Positions 1 to 18,905 of a stretch of DNA of 64,000 bases are shown here, in pieces. Source of the DNA: an uncultured delta proteobacterium (GTDB lineage Bacteria > Myxococcota > Myxococcia > Myxococcales > Anaeromyxobacteraceae); NCBI GenBank assembly GCA_963814585.1, contig CAWFDF010000009.1, positions 256,001-320,000 on the forward strand. Reading direction: 5' to 3'. The notes beneath the pieces were generated by a model. That model searched no databases, was not told where the DNA came from, and saw nothing but the letters and a program-made list of their open reading frames with translations. The position numbers and the translations under genes are program-made. The number at the start of each line of letters is the position of its first letter. Position 1 is the first letter of the stretch.

Positions 1-1061
<1,061 letters not shown>

Positions 1062-1083
1062 GCCTCGGCTCGCGGCGGCCGGC

Positions 1084-1470
1084 TCAGGAGCGGAGCCCAC
1101 CGAAGAGGCGGTACAGCACCCAGGCGAGGATCGACGCCATCACCATGGCGCCCCCGAGGACGAGCCGCCGTGGCCAGGGGCCGGCCTGGAGGTCCGGCGC
1201 CCTGGTGCGCGGCAGCTGCGAGAGCCCCATGACGGCGGCCCGCTTGAGGATCTCGCCCTTCATCTCCTGGGCCATGCGGTCCTGGGGGCGCGCCTCCAGC
1301 ACCGCCCGGTAGCGGCGGCCCACCTCGGCCAGCGCGTCGAGGTCGGCGCAGGCCGCCAGCAGGGCCCGGTGCGCCGCGGCCTCCTCCCAGCGCCGCTCCA
1401 GCGCGGCCCAGGCGGCGTCGCCGGCGGCGGCCTTCTCGACGGTCAGGTCGGGCACGGGGCGCGGCTCCAC
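1084..1470 (-). CDS. Hypothetical membrane-anchored protein (~128 aa)
   Basis: C-terminal part of track ORF 1084..3081 has normal composition and a C-terminal TM helix (LVLGGAMVMASILAWVLY). Fills the gap between lpoA and the helicase; start uncertain (1470 or 1455). Confidence 0.65.
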   Translation of the reverse strand: MEPRPVPDLTVEKAAAGDAAWAALERRWEEAAAHRALLAACADLDALAEVGRRYRAVLEARPQDRMAQEMKGEILKRAAVMGLSQLPRTRAPDLQAGPWPRRLVLGGAMVMASILAWVLYRLFGGLRS

Positions 1471-1475
1471 CAGGA

Positions 1476-3599
1476 TCAGGACCCGCCGGGCCCGGGCGCG
1501 CGGGCGTCCAGCTCGGCGGGGGTCAGCTCGCGGACCCCGTCGCGATCGAAGGTGAGGAAGAAGAGCTCCTTCTCCGGCGTGCGGCGCGCCGAGAAGGTGA
1601 TGTCGCCGGTGGCCCCCTTGAAGCCCTTGACGGCCGCCAGCCCGGCGCGCAGCGCCTCGCGCGTCTCCGCCCGCTCGCGCTCGATCACCTGCCGGCCCAT
1701 CTTCACGGCGTCGTGGGCGCTGGCCTCGAGGATGGTGGGCTCGGTCCCGAACCTGGCCCGGTAGGCCTCGGTGAACTTCCGGGTCTCGGGGTTGGCCGAG
1801 CCGGCGAAGAAGCCGTCCACGTAGACGGCGCAGCGCACGTGCCGCCCGGCCCCGCCCGGCCCGGCGTCGAAGAGGGAGGGATCCCCGCCCCAGCCGTTGC
1901 CGCCGAGCAGCTGCACCACGTGCAGCTCCTTCCTCGGGGCGCCCCGGTCGCGGCCCTTCTCCTTCCCGGCGATGCGCTCGGCGTTCTTCTCGATGCGCCG
2001 CAGCTCGTCGGGCAGGCAGGTGATGGTGAGCACGTCCTCCACCGCCAGCGCCGGCGCGATCAGCTTCACGTTGCGGGCGAAGTCGGCCACCAGCACGGCG
2101 TCGAAGTCGGTGACCGGCTCCAGGCCGTCGCGCGCCTTCTCCAGCGCCTTGCGGCGGCGGTAGGGATCGGGCTCGCGCGCCGCGATCTCCTTCTGCAGGT
2201 CGACGAACTCGGGCCGCTCCTCCAGGTAGAGCCGCCCCACCATCGACTTCACCAGGGGCGTGAAGGTGGTCCGGTCGATGGGGTAGGTCTCGGCGGCGCG
2301 CACCTCGCCCCCGCGCGCCTCCACCTCGTCCCAGAAGGCGTTGGCCAGGTCGCTGCCGTAGGGCACCGCGGGGTACATGATGGCGAACCGCTTCAGGCCC
2401 CGCCGGCCGACGAAGAGCTCGGCCAGGGCCCGGGCCTGGGCGCTGGCGGTGAGCATGTTCTGGAACACGTACGGCCCGGCGTCGGTGACGTTCTCCTGCT
2501 TGGAGAGCGAGATGAACGGGAGCCGCAGCTCGTCGGCGGTGGCGGCGGCCCGCTCCGCCTCGCCGCTGCTCACGCCCCCCACCACCAGGATGGCCTGCTC
2601 GTCGAGGGCCAGCTGCTCGATGGCGGCGGCGGCGCCGTCCGGCTCGCCGCGGGTGTCCCGCACCACCACCGTGAAGCCCGAGCCCTCGGGGAGGGCCAGC
2701 GCGATCCCCTGCAGGATCACCTCGCCCCAGCGCTGGAACTGGCCGCTGAGCGGCACGGCCACGCCGATGACCCTGGGCTTCACCGCCGTGAGCCGGGCGA
2801 GCCGGTCGAGCACGGCGCGCGCGTCGGCGGTCCACGGCGAGTCCGGCCAGGCGGCCACCAGCGCCCTGGCCTCCTGCTCGGCCCCCGCGTCGTCGCGCTC
2901 GTGGAGCCGGATGCGGGCCAGCTTCAGCGCCACCGCGGCCAGCGCCGGCGAGTCGGGCGGCAGGGCCTCCCGCAGCCGCGGCAGCTCGCCCGCCGGGAAC
3001 CCCACGTCGATGGCGTCGGCGACGCGGGCCAGGGCCTCGGTGCGCTCGGCGCCGGTGGCCTGGGAGGCCACCGTGCCCCACCAGCGGACCGCCTCGGGCC
3101 AGAGCCGCGCGGCCTCGGCGGCGGAGGCCGCCGCCCGCGCCGCCGCCGCCTGGTCGGCCGCCGGCAGCCGCGGGTAGAGCGAGGCGATGGTGGCCAGGCC
3201 GTCGCGGGTCCGCCCCACCTCGAGGTCGAGCTGGGCCAGCTGGAGCTTGGCCTGGGTGGACTCCGGGTAGAGCGGGTAGTCGACCAGCAGCCGCGAGAGC
3301 GCCGCGGCGGCGCGGGCCCGATCGCCGGCGGCCCGCCAGGCCCCGGCCGCCTCGTGGAGCAGCCCGGCCGAGGCGGGGAGGCCCGGGTAGCGGCCGGCCA
3401 GCGCCTCCAGCCTGGCCGCCTTCTCGGCGGGGGGGAGCCGGGCGGCGGCGGCCCGCTCCGCGGCCAGCTCGTCGCGGACCAGCACCTCGGCCTGCTCCAC
3501 CGGCACCGCCTGCCCGCGCACCACCACCCGCTGCGGGGCGCAGGCGGCCAGCGCCAGCGGGGCCAGCAGCACGACGAGGCGGAGGCGGGGGGCGCGCAT
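1476..3599 (-). CDS. Penicillin-binding protein activator LpoA/LppC-like lipoprotein (TPR plus periplasmic binding fold)
   Basis: Lipobox LALAAC after MRAPRLRL, then TPR-like helices, then IGVAVPLSG...DTRG..., YP...YG and FVDGFF-like segments of a PBP type-1 fold. Confidence 0.8.
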   Translation of the reverse strand: MRAPRLRLVVLLAPLALAACAPQRVVVRGQAVPVEQAEVLVRDELAAERAAAARLPPAEKAARLEALAGRYPGLPASAGLLHEAAGAWRAAGDRARAAAALSRLLVDYPLYPESTQAKLQLAQLDLEVGRTRDGLATIASLYPRLPAADQAAAARAAASAAEAARLWPEAVRWWGTVASQATGAERTEALARVADAIDVGFPAGELPRLREALPPDSPALAAVALKLARIRLHERDDAGAEQEARALVAAWPDSPWTADARAVLDRLARLTAVKPRVIGVAVPLSGQFQRWGEVILQGIALALPEGSGFTVVVRDTRGEPDGAAAAIEQLALDEQAILVVGGVSSGEAERAAATADELRLPFISLSKQENVTDAGPYVFQNMLTASAQARALAELFVGRRGLKRFAIMYPAVPYGSDLANAFWDEVEARGGEVRAAETYPIDRTTFTPLVKSMVGRLYLEERPEFVDLQKEIAAREPDPYRRRKALEKARDGLEPVTDFDAVLVADFARNVKLIAPALAVEDVLTITCLPDELRRIEKNAERIAGKEKGRDRGAPRKELHVVQLLGGNGWGGDPSLFDAGPGGAGRHVRCAVYVDGFFAGSANPETRKFTEAYRARFGTEPTILEASAHDAVKMGRQVIERERAETREALRAGLAAVKGFKGATGDITFSARRTPEKELFFLTFDRDGVRELTPAELDARAPGPGGS

Positions 3600-3610
3600 C
3601 GACCCCGGTT

Positions 3611-4747
3611 CTAGCGCTTTTTCTTCGTGTCCCGCCACAGCTCCGCCGCCTTCTCCCAGAAGGTGTGGCCGCGCGGGTGGGTGGCCTCGCCGGAGAGCTC
3701 GGCGAACCTCTCCAGCAGCTCGCGCTGCTCCCGGCTCAGGTGGGTGGGCGTCTCGACGAAGACCATGACGTGCTGGTCGCCGCGGCCGCCGCCGTTGAGC
3801 CCCGGGACGCCCTTGCCCTTCACCTTGAGCGCCGCCCCGGCCTGGGTGCCGGCGGGGATCTTCAGCTTGTGCGGGCCGTCGAGGGTGGGCACCTCGATGG
3901 TGGCCCCCAGCGCCGCCTGGGCGAAGGAGACCGGCACCTCGCAGACGATCTCGGTCCCCTCGCGCCGGAAGAGCGGGTGATCCTTGACCTGGATGACCAC
4001 GTAGAGGTCGCCGGCCTGCCCGCCGGGGCCGGGCGGCGGGCCGCCGTCGCCGAGCGAGCGGACCCGCGTGCCGGTGTCGACGCCGGGCGGGATGGCCACC
4101 TCGACGTCCACCTCGTCGCGGGTGGCGCCGGCGCCGCCGCAGTCCGGGCACTTCTCGACGATGACCCGGCCGGCCCCCTGGCAGTGGTGGCAGGTGCGGG
4201 CGATGGCGAAGAAGCCCTGGGTGAGCCTCACCTCGCCGGTGCCGCCGCAGGTGGGGCAGGTCCGCGGCGAGGTCCCGGCCTTGGCGCCGCTGCCGTGGCA
4301 GGCCTGGCAGGGCGTGGGGCGGGGGATGCGCAGCCGCTTGGTGACGCCGAAGGCCGCCTCCTCGAGGGTCAGCTCGAGGTGGTAGCGGTAGTCCTCGCCG
4401 CGGGTCCGCTGGCGGGCCCGGCGCCCGCCGCCGCCGCCGAACACCTCGCCGAAGATGTCGCCGAAGATGTCGTTGATGGAGGCGCCGCCCATGCCGAAGC
4501 CGAAGGGGTCGCTCCCGGCCGAGGCGCCCCCGGCGTGGCCGAAGCGGTCGTAGCGGGCCCGCTTCTCGTCGTCGGAGAGGACGGCGTAGGCCTCGGTCAG
4601 CTCCTTGAACCGCTCCTCGGCCGCCGCGTCACCCTGGTTCTTGTCCGGGTGGTACTGGTGGGCGAGCTTGCGGTAGGCGGTCTTGAGCGCGGCGGCGTCG
4701 GCGTCGCGGGGGACGCCCAGCACCTCGTAGTAGTCGCGCTTGTTCAA
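3611..4747 (-). CDS. dnaJ: Chaperone DnaJ
   Basis: [11 protein letters not shown] motif, G/F region, four CxxCxGxG repeats; TTG start. Confidence 0.97.
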   Translation of the reverse strand: MNKRDYYEVLGVPRDADAAALKTAYRKLAHQYHPDKNQGDAAAEERFKELTEAYAVLSDDEKRARYDRFGHAGGASAGSDPFGFGMGGASINDIFGDIFGEVFGGGGGRRARQRTRGEDYRYHLELTLEEAAFGVTKRLRIPRPTPCQACHGSGAKAGTSPRTCPTCGGTGEVRLTQGFFAIARTCHHCQGAGRVIVEKCPDCGGAGATRDEVDVEVAIPPGVDTGTRVRSLGDGGPPPGPGGQAGDLYVVIQVKDHPLFRREGTEIVCEVPVSFAQAALGATIEVPTLDGPHKLKIPAGTQAGAALKVKGKGVPGLNGGGRGDQHVMVFVETPTHLSREQRELLERFAELSGEATHPRGHTFWEKAAELWRDTKKKR

Positions 4748-4840
4748 GGAGATTCCAGCCCTTCGAGGCGGTGGGGGCCCAACGGTGGCCGGGCGGAATG
4801 TAACGCCGGAACCGGCGCTGGCAAGTGGCGCCGCCGCGGA

Positions 4841-8426
<3,586 letters not shown>

Positions 8427-8439
8427 CGGCGCCCCGCCC

Positions 8440-9147
8440 CTACGGCCCGGCGAGGCGGCGCTGCGCCGCGCTCGACAGCGTCTGGAAGCGGCCCTGCGCC
8501 AGCTCGCGCCAGGCCGGGACGGCGGGGTCACCGGCCTGCTCGGCCAGCAGGGCCTCGAGGTGGCGGCGCCCCTCGCGGAAGGGGAAGGCGAAGCCGGCCC
8601 GGGCCGCGCCGTCGTCGAGCCGCAGCGCCTCGCGCAGCTCGGACCGGGCGACGGCCGCGTCGCCGCGCGCGTCGGCCAGCTGCGCCAGCGCGTAGTGCGG
8701 CTCGGCGCGCTCGGGGTCGAGGCCGCGCGCCGCCTCGAGGTAGGCCTGGGCGGCGGTGGCGTGCCCCTCGACGGCGTAGAGGGCGCCGAGGTTGAGGAGC
8801 GCCGCCTGCTGCTGGCGCGGGCTGCCGCGCGCCACCACCTCGTCGAGCAGGCGGCGGGCGGCGTCGACGTGGCCGTCGAGGAGGTAGCCGACGGCGAGGT
8901 CGTTGAGCGCGCCCAGCTGGTCCGGGTCGGTGGCCAGCTCCGCCTCGTAGGCGGCGCGGGCGCCCGGGAGGTCGCCGGCGAAGAGGAGCGTCGCCCCGGC
9001 CGCGGAGGGTGACTCGACCGAGGCCAGCGTCGGCGTCGACTCCTCGCGGATGGCGATCCGGGATGGGTCCGGGGAGACGCCGCAGGCGGCCAGCGCCAGG
9101 AGCGCGAGCAGCGGAGACTTTCCCAGTCGTGTCGACGAGTTGCGCAA
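8440..9147 (-). CDS. TPR-repeat lipoprotein
   Basis: Lipobox LALAAC; TPR motifs ALNDLAVGY and ALLNLGALY. Confidence 0.75.
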   Translation of the reverse strand: MRNSSTRLGKSPLLALLALAACGVSPDPSRIAIREESTPTLASVESPSAAGATLLFAGDLPGARAAYEAELATDPDQLGALNDLAVGYLLDGHVDAARRLLDEVVARGSPRQQQAALLNLGALYAVEGHATAAQAYLEAARGLDPERAEPHYALAQLADARGDAAVARSELREALRLDDGAARAGFAFPFREGRRHLEALLAEQAGDPAVPAWRELAQGRFQTLSSAAQRRLAGP

Positions 9148-9312
9148 CGGGGCCTCGGGGCGGCGAACACCTCCGCGACCGGAGGATAGCCACAGCCCCC
9201 GAACGGATCAAGGAGCCCGGTCAAGGGACAGCCCCGCACCGGCGGGCCTGGCCAGGCCGCCGTGATATGGAGTGCCCCGCCGCGCCGCCGGACCCGCCCC
9301 GGACCCGCCCCG

Positions 9313-12978
<3,666 letters not shown>

Positions 12979-12990
12979 TGGCGCCACCCA

Positions 12991-13109
12991 CTCGTGCCAC
13001 GCCCCAGGCAAGGTGACGTGACGAGAGAGCCGAGACCGAAGCGAGGCCGCCTGCCGCAGCGAGAGGATCGGCTCTCGCAGTGAGCATCTTGCCTGGGGCG
13101 TGGCACCAG
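12991..13109. mobile_element. Palindromic MITE-like element, copy 1 (119 bp, internally deleted)
   Basis: 19-bp inverted ends GTGCCACGCCCCAGGCAAG...CTTGCCTGGGGCGTGGCAC. Its reverse complement matches copy 2 apart from a 64-bp deletion between GCCTCG direct repeats and a few substitutions. Confidence 0.85.
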
Positions 13110-13358
13110 GCCCGATCCCCGCGGCGGCGCACGCTGCCTGGCGGCTCCCGGCTCGGGCCGGCCGAGGGCGCCGCGGGCCGGTTGCCGGGGCCTTCCGGCG
13201 GCGGGGCCCGGCGCGCTTGATCCAGCCGTCGTTCCGTGGTCTTTTCCGGCCCTCGATCCCGGTTGCGGGCGGTCCGTGTCGGGGAAGTGTCCCCCCGTCC
13301 CGCGCGTTGAATGCAGGCGGCCCCGTCCGCCGTCTCCACCTGAAGGAGCCTCGTCCCC

Positions 13359-14386
13359 ATGGTTCGTCGAATCGTGCTCGTCAGCGTCGCCGCGGCCCTC
13401 GCCGCCTGTGGCAACTCCGGCCCCAAGAAGAGCGGCACGGCCGTCGCCTCCGGCAAGGGCATCACCATCACCGCCGAGGAGTTCAAGGCCCGCCTGGATG
13501 AGCAGTCCCCCTTCATCCGCGCCCGCTACACGACGCTGGAGCGGAAGAAGGAGTTCCTCGACAACCTGATCCGCTTCGAGGTCCTCGCCAAGGAGGCGGA
13601 GCGGCAGGGGCTCGACAAGGACCCCGAGGTGCAGCTGACGCTGCGGAAGATCATGGTCCAGAAGCTGGTCCAGCGGTCCTTCCAGGACCCGGGCGCCGCC
13701 AAGGAGCTGCCCGACGCCGAGACCCAGAAGTACTACGACGAGCACAGGGACGAGTTCAACCGTCCCAAGAAGGCCCGGGTGGCCGCCATCGTCCTCAACG
13801 CGCCGGCCGGCTCGCCCGACCGGGCCAAGAAGGTCGCCACCGCCAGGAAGGCGCTCGCCAAGGTGAAGGCCGAGGAGAAGAAGAACCCCATGGCCTTCCA
13901 GCAGGCGGTCGCCGAGTTCACCGAGGACGCGGCCAGCAAGGGCGTGGCCGGCGACCTGGGCTTCAAGTCGGCCGAGGAGCTGGAGAAGAGCTTCGGCAAG
14001 GAGGTGGCGACGGCCGCCTTCGCGCTCAAGGCCGGCGAGGTCTCCGGCGTCATCGAGGGCGCCCAGGGTGTCTACGTGATCCGGCTGGCCGGCGTGCAGG
14101 AGGAGCTCTCCCGCTCCTTCGAGCAGGTGAAGGGGCAGATCAGCCAGAAGCTGACCCGGGAGCGGCGCACCAAGGAGTTCGACGAGCTGGTGAAGAAGCT
14201 CCGCGACGAGGCCCAGGTGGCCATCGACGACAAGGCGCTCGAGGCCGTCGTGGTGGCCGCCGCGCCGGCGCCCACGCCCGGCGCCCCTGGCGCCGGCGCC
14301 ACGGCATGCCCGGCGCGCCCGGCATGCCCATGTCCATGCCGGCACCGGCCCCGGCCGCTCCGCCCGCCGCGCCCAAGACCAGGTAG
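13359..14386 (+). CDS. PpiC-type peptidyl-prolyl isomerase lipoprotein (one base apparently missing near 14297)
   Basis: Lipobox LAAC; EDAASKGVAGDLG, AFALKAGEVSGVIE. The Pro/Met-rich tail continues in another frame to TAG 14384-14386. Confidence 0.85.
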
Positions 14387-15339
14387 TGCGCCGGACCGGC
14401 TCGCTCGGCCTGCTGGCCCTCGTCACCCTCGCGGCCGCCTGCAGCCGGAGCGGGGGTGGCGCGGCCTCCGGGGCCCCGGCGGGCACCCAGGCGGTGGCGG
14501 TGGTGAACGGCGAGCCCATCCCGGCGGCGGCGCTGGCCCGCGAGCTCCGCCAGATCCGCGCCGGCGGCGAGGGGGACGCGCCGGGCGAGCCGCTCCGCAA
14601 GCGGGTGCTGGACGATCTCATCGACCGGGCCCTGCTGCTCCAGCAGGCCCGGGCCCGCTCCATCGCCGTGGGGCAGGAGCAGGTGGAGCGCGCCTTCCTG
14701 CGGGTCCGGGGCGAGTACCCCGGCACCCACTTCGACGACCTGCTGGCGCGCGAGCGGCTCAGCCAGGCCGAGCTGAAGGCGCGCCTGAAAGACCAGCTCA
14801 CGGTGGAGCGGCTCTTCCACGACGAGGTCTTCCCCCGGGTGCAGGTCCAGCCCGCCGACGTGGAGCGGTGGTACGCCGACCACGCCGCCGAGTTCCAGGA
14901 GCCGGACCGGGTCCGCGTGCTGCAGGTGGTGGTGTCGAGCCGCGACGAGGCCGCCGCGCTGCGCGACAAGCTGCGGCGGGACCCGTCCAAGTTCGCCGAG
15001 GTGGCCCGGGCCAGCTCCATCGCCCCGGAGGGGAAGAACGGCGGCGAGCTGGGCTGGATCCGCCGCGGCGGCGGCTTCCCGGAGGTGTTCGACGTCTGCT
15101 TCTCCCTGCCGCTCCACTCCATCTCCGACGTGGTCCCGTCGCCCTACGGCTTCCACGTCTTCCGCGTGGTGGAGCGAAAGGGCGCCAGCCGGCGCACCCT
15201 CGACCAGGCCCGCGGCGAGATCGCCGAGCGCCTGCTCCGCGAGCGCCGGGCCCGCGCCCAGGAGGAGTACCTGGCCACGCTGCGCGGGCGCGCCACCATC
15301 CAGGTCGACCAGTCGGCCCTCTCCGCGGTGACTCCTTGA
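14386..15339 (+). CDS. PpiC/SurA-type peptidyl-prolyl isomerase lipoprotein
   Basis: Lipobox LAAAC; VAVVNGEPI, SIAPEGKNGGELGW, SPYGFHVF. Confidence 0.88.
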   Translation: MRRTGSLGLLALVTLAAACSRSGGGAASGAPAGTQAVAVVNGEPIPAAALARELRQIRAGGEGDAPGEPLRKRVLDDLIDRALLLQQARARSIAVGQEQVERAFLRVRGEYPGTHFDDLLARERLSQAELKARLKDQLTVERLFHDEVFPRVQVQPADVERWYADHAAEFQEPDRVRVLQVVVSSRDEAAALRDKLRRDPSKFAEVARASSIAPEGKNGGELGWIRRGGGFPEVFDVCFSLPLHSISDVVPSPYGFHVFRVVERKGASRRTLDQARGEIAERLLRERRARAQEEYLATLRGRATIQVDQSALSAVTP

Positions 15340-16434
15340 ACCCGATCTCGCTCTCGCTGCTCGCCCTCGCACTCGCCGCCGAACCGGCCCCGCCGGCCGC
15401 CACCGCCCAGGAGGCCCGTCCGGCTGCCGCTCCGGCCACTGACCCGGCTGCGGCCCCAGTCGCTGCTCCGCCTGGGGACCGCACCGGCGCCCGCGAGGGC
15501 TCCGGGGCCGGCCCACCGGGTCGTCGTCAACCGGGTGGCCGCCACCGTCAACAGCGAGGTGGTGACGCTGCAGGAGCTGGAGCAGCGCGGCGGCGACGAG
15601 TGGAAGCGGGCCAGCGCCCTGCCGCCCGGGCCGGAGCGCGACCGGGCCGTGGCGCTGGCGCTGCGCCGCGCCTTCGACGGGGTGCTGGCCGAGAAGGTCT
15701 TCCACGCCCAGGCCGTGGCGCTGCAGCTCGAGGTGACCGACGACCAGGTCACCGCCGCCATCGAGGACATCAAGAAGCGGAACCGCGCCGACGACAAGAT
15801 GCTCGACCAGATGCTGGCCGAGCAGGGGCTGACCCGGCCCGAGTTCCGCGAGCAGATCCGCGGCCAGCTCGAGAGCTACAACGTGCTCTCCGCCAAGGTG
15901 CGCGGCAAGGTGAGGCTCTCCGACGACGACGTGAAGAACTACTACCAGAAGCACCCGGGCGAGTTCCGGGGCGAGGAGGAGCTGCACGTCCGCCACATCC
16001 TCGTGCCGCTCCCCGAGGACGCCGACCGGTTCGAGGTCGGCCGGGCCACGCTGGCGGGGGAGAAGGCCCGGCAGCGCGTCACCGGCGGCGAGCCGTTCGG
16101 CGAGGTGGCCAAGGCGATCTCCAAGGGGCCCGGCGCCGCCGAGGGCGGCGATCTCGGCTGGCTGCGCCGCGGCACCATGCAGCGCTCGCTGGAGGAGGTG
16201 GTGTTCGCCCTGAAGGACGGCGAGGTCTCGCCGCTGGTCCGGGCCGGGCCGGGCCTCCACCTCTTCAAGGTGGAGGAGCGGCGGCAGGGCGGCGGGCGGA
16301 GCTTCGAGCAGGTCAAGGACGAGATCCGCGACCGGCTCAGCATGGAGCAGACCCAGGCCTACCGGGAGCAGTACCTGGGCGAGCTGAGGCGCGACGCCGT
16401 CATCGACATCCGCATCCCCGAGCTCAGGGACTGA
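15336..16434 (+). CDS. SurA-like chaperone/PPIase (extra G near 15475)
   Basis: Signal peptide from TTG 15336 (LNPISLSLLALALAA); after the shift VVNRVAATVNSEVVT, VRHILV, EGGDLGW. Immediately upstream of pdxA, as in surA-pdxA operons. Confidence 0.85.
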
Positions 16435-16448
16435 CGGGGCCCGGATCG

Positions 16449-17474
16449 ATGCGAGCTCCCCGCCTCGCCATCAGCCTGGGCGATCCCTCCGGCATCGGCG
16501 CCGAGGTGACGGCGGCGGCGCTGCTCGAGCTGCGCGGCGAGGTGGAGCCGCTCCTCTTCGGCGACCCGGGCCTGCTGGCGCGCGGCTTCGCCCCGCTGCG
16601 GCTCCCGGTGGTCGAGCTGGGCGCGCCGGTCCCGGCGGGGGGCGCGCTGGTGGCGGTCACCCGGCTGCCGGCCCCGGCGCTCCGGGCCGGCCGCCCCTCG
16701 GCGCGCGGCGCCGCCGCCCAGCTGGCCTTCCTCACCGCGGCCTTCGACTCGGTCCGGAACGGCCAGTCGGCCGCGCTCTGCACCGCGCCGGTCTCCAAGG
16801 CCCAGGTGGCGCGTGTCCTGCCCGGCTTCGTCGGCCACACCGAGTGGCTGGAGGCCCGCTGCGGGGTGCGCCGCACGGTGATGATGCTGGCGGGGCGGCG
16901 GCTCCGGGTGGCGCTGGTGACCAACCACGCGCCGCTGTCGCGGGTGCGGCGGGCGCTCACCGCGGCGCTCATCGCCGAGACCATCGCCGTCACCTTCCGG
17001 GCGCTGCGCCACGACCTCGGCGTGGCCCGGCCGCGGGTGGCGCTGGCGGCGTGGAACCCGCACGCCGGCGAGGGCGGCCTGGTGGGCGACGAGGAGGCGG
17101 CGCTGCTCGACCCCGCGCTCGGGCTGGCCCGGCGGGGCGGCACGCCGGCGCACGGCCCCTACCCCGCCGACTCGGTCTTCTTCCGCGCCGCGCTCGGCGA
17201 GTTCGACGCCGTGGTGGCGCTCTACCACGACCAGGGGCTGATCCCGGTGAAGCTGCTCGACGCGGTGGCGGGTGACGCCGCGGTCAACGTGACGCTGGGG
17301 CTGCCGCTGGTGCGGACCAGCCCGGATCACGGCGTGGCCTACTCGCTGGCCGGCACCGGCCGCGCCAACCCGGCCTCGATGGTGGCGGCGCTGCGGCTGG
17401 CGGCGAGGATCGCCAACGTGCGGGCGGTGGCGGCCCGCAGCGCCAGGGTGCGGGCGAAGGCGGCGCGACCGTAG
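16449..17474 (+). CDS. pdxA: 4-hydroxythreonine-4-phosphate dehydrogenase PdxA
   Basis: LGDPSGIGAE, TAPVSK, GHTE, NPHAGE, YHDQGLIP, RTSPDHG. Confidence 0.95.
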   Translation: MRAPRLAISLGDPSGIGAEVTAAALLELRGEVEPLLFGDPGLLARGFAPLRLPVVELGAPVPAGGALVAVTRLPAPALRAGRPSARGAAAQLAFLTAAFDSVRNGQSAALCTAPVSKAQVARVLPGFVGHTEWLEARCGVRRTVMMLAGRRLRVALVTNHAPLSRVRRALTAALIAETIAVTFRALRHDLGVARPRVALAAWNPHAGEGGLVGDEEAALLDPALGLARRGGTPAHGPYPADSVFFRAALGEFDAVVALYHDQGLIPVKLLDAVAGDAAVNVTLGLPLVRTSPDHGVAYSLAGTGRANPASMVAALRLAARIANVRAVAARSARVRAKAARP

Positions 17475-17682
17475 TCCTTCTCGCCTGGTCGGATCGCCCT
17501 CACGCGCGTCACGATCGGATCTGTTGAAACGTCCTGATTCCAGGCAGTTGAGTGGCCCATGACGCGGGTTGGTGCGTCATGGATTACTCTCGGTCGGGCG
17601 CCGCGGTCGGGCGCCGAGAGGCTCCCGGGAGCGGCGGGGCCTCGACGCGACCAGGGGAGCCGCCGGGGTCTGAACCTGGCTT

Positions 17683-17714
17683 GCGTCGGCGCCACCAGAA
17701 GCCGGCGCCGACGC
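17683..17714. terminator. GC-rich hairpin just downstream of the ychF stop
   Basis: 11-bp stem GCGTCGGCGCC / GGCGCCGACGC. Confidence 0.55.
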
Positions 17715-17717
17715 GAT

Positions 17718-18824
17718 CTAGACGTTGAACCGGAAGTGCATGACGTCGCCGTCCTGCACCACGTAGTCGCGCCCCTCGATCCGCAGCTTCCCCTTCTCGC
17801 GGCAGGCCGCCTCGGTCTTCAGCTCGAGCAGGTCCTCGACGCGGATCACCTCGGCCTTGATGAAGCCCTTCTCGAAGTCGGTGTGGATGACCCCGGCCGC
17901 CATGGGCGCGGTGTCGCCGCGGTGGACCGTCCAGGCCCGGCACTCGTCGCCGCCGGAGGTGAAGAAGGTGATGAGGTGGAGCAGGTCGTAGCCGGCCCGC
18001 ACCAGGCGGTTGAGGCCAGGCTCGGTCATCCCCATGCTGGCCAGGAACTCGGCCCGCTCGGCGGGCGGAAGCTCGACGAGCTCGGCCTCGACCTTGCCGC
18101 AGATGACGACCACGGGGGCGCCCTCCTCGTCGGCCAGCGCCTTCACCAGGGCGACATGCGGGTCGTCGGGGGCGAGCTCGGTGTCGTCCACATTGGCGAT
18201 GTAGAGGACCGGCTTGGCGGTGAGCAGCGACAGCTCCCTCGCGAGCGCCCGCCCCTCGTCGGAGAGCTTCTGGCGGCGCACCGGGACGCCGCCGTCCAGG
18301 CCGGCCCTGAGCTCGTCGAGGTGCACCAGCTCGGCCCGGGCCAGCTCGCCCGGCTTGCCGGCGCCCTTGGTGTTCTTCACGGTCCGCTCGCGCCGCTTCT
18401 CGACCGACTCGAGGTCCTTCAGCATCAGCTCGGTCTCGACCACGTCGCGGTCGGAGCGCGGGTCCACCTGGCCGGCCACGTGGATGACGTCCGGGTCCAC
18501 GAAGCAGCGCAGCACGTGGGCGATGGCGTCCACCTCGCGGATGGTGGCGAGGAACTGGTTGCCCAGGCCCTCGCCCTTCGACGCCCCGGCCACCAGGCCG
18601 GCGATGTCGACGAACTCCAGCGTGGTGGGGGTGGTCTTCTCCGGGCCGAAGAGGGCCGAGAGCGCGTCGAGCCGCTGGTCCGGCACCGGCACCACGCCGA
18701 GGTTCGGCTCGATGGTGCAGAACGGGTAGTTGGCCGCCGCCGCCTGGGCGGTGCCCAGCAGCGCGTTGAAGAGGGTGGACTTCCCCACGTTGGGGAGCCC
18801 GACGATGCCGATGCCGAGTGCCAT
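17718..18824 (-). CDS. ychF: Redox-regulated ATPase YchF
   Basis: GIVGLPNVGKST, ANYPFCTIEPN, DIAGLV, GEGLGNQFL, EGRDYVVQDGD, FRFNV. Confidence 0.97.
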   Translation of the reverse strand: MALGIGIVGLPNVGKSTLFNALLGTAQAAAANYPFCTIEPNLGVVPVPDQRLDALSALFGPEKTTPTTLEFVDIAGLVAGASKGEGLGNQFLATIREVDAIAHVLRCFVDPDVIHVAGQVDPRSDRDVVETELMLKDLESVEKRRERTVKNTKGAGKPGELARAELVHLDELRAGLDGGVPVRRQKLSDEGRALARELSLLTAKPVLYIANVDDTELAPDDPHVALVKALADEEGAPVVVICGKVEAELVELPPAERAEFLASMGMTEPGLNRLVRAGYDLLHLITFFTSGGDECRAWTVHRGDTAPMAAGVIHTDFEKGFIKAEVIRVEDLLELKTEAACREKGKLRIEGRDYVVQDGDVMHFRFNV

Positions 18825-18905
18825 GAGGCTTCCTTGGAAATGAAACGGCCCCGGCGGACCTGGAGGGCCCGCCGGAGCCGGCGATGCGTGACCGCGGAGG
18901 CGCCG

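Noticed and set aside
9148..9312. CIRCE operator upstream of the hrcA operon or hsp20
   Set aside because: Only half-site-like GAGTGC / AGCACT strings were found; no TTAGCACTC-N9-GAGTGCTAA arrangement.
13359..17474. Apparent 1371-aa PPIase-PdxA fusion (and the 1136-aa GyrB-FabH ORF at 43437-46847)
   Set aside because: Produced by frameshifts that let one frame run through separate genes; each gene has its own start and stop.
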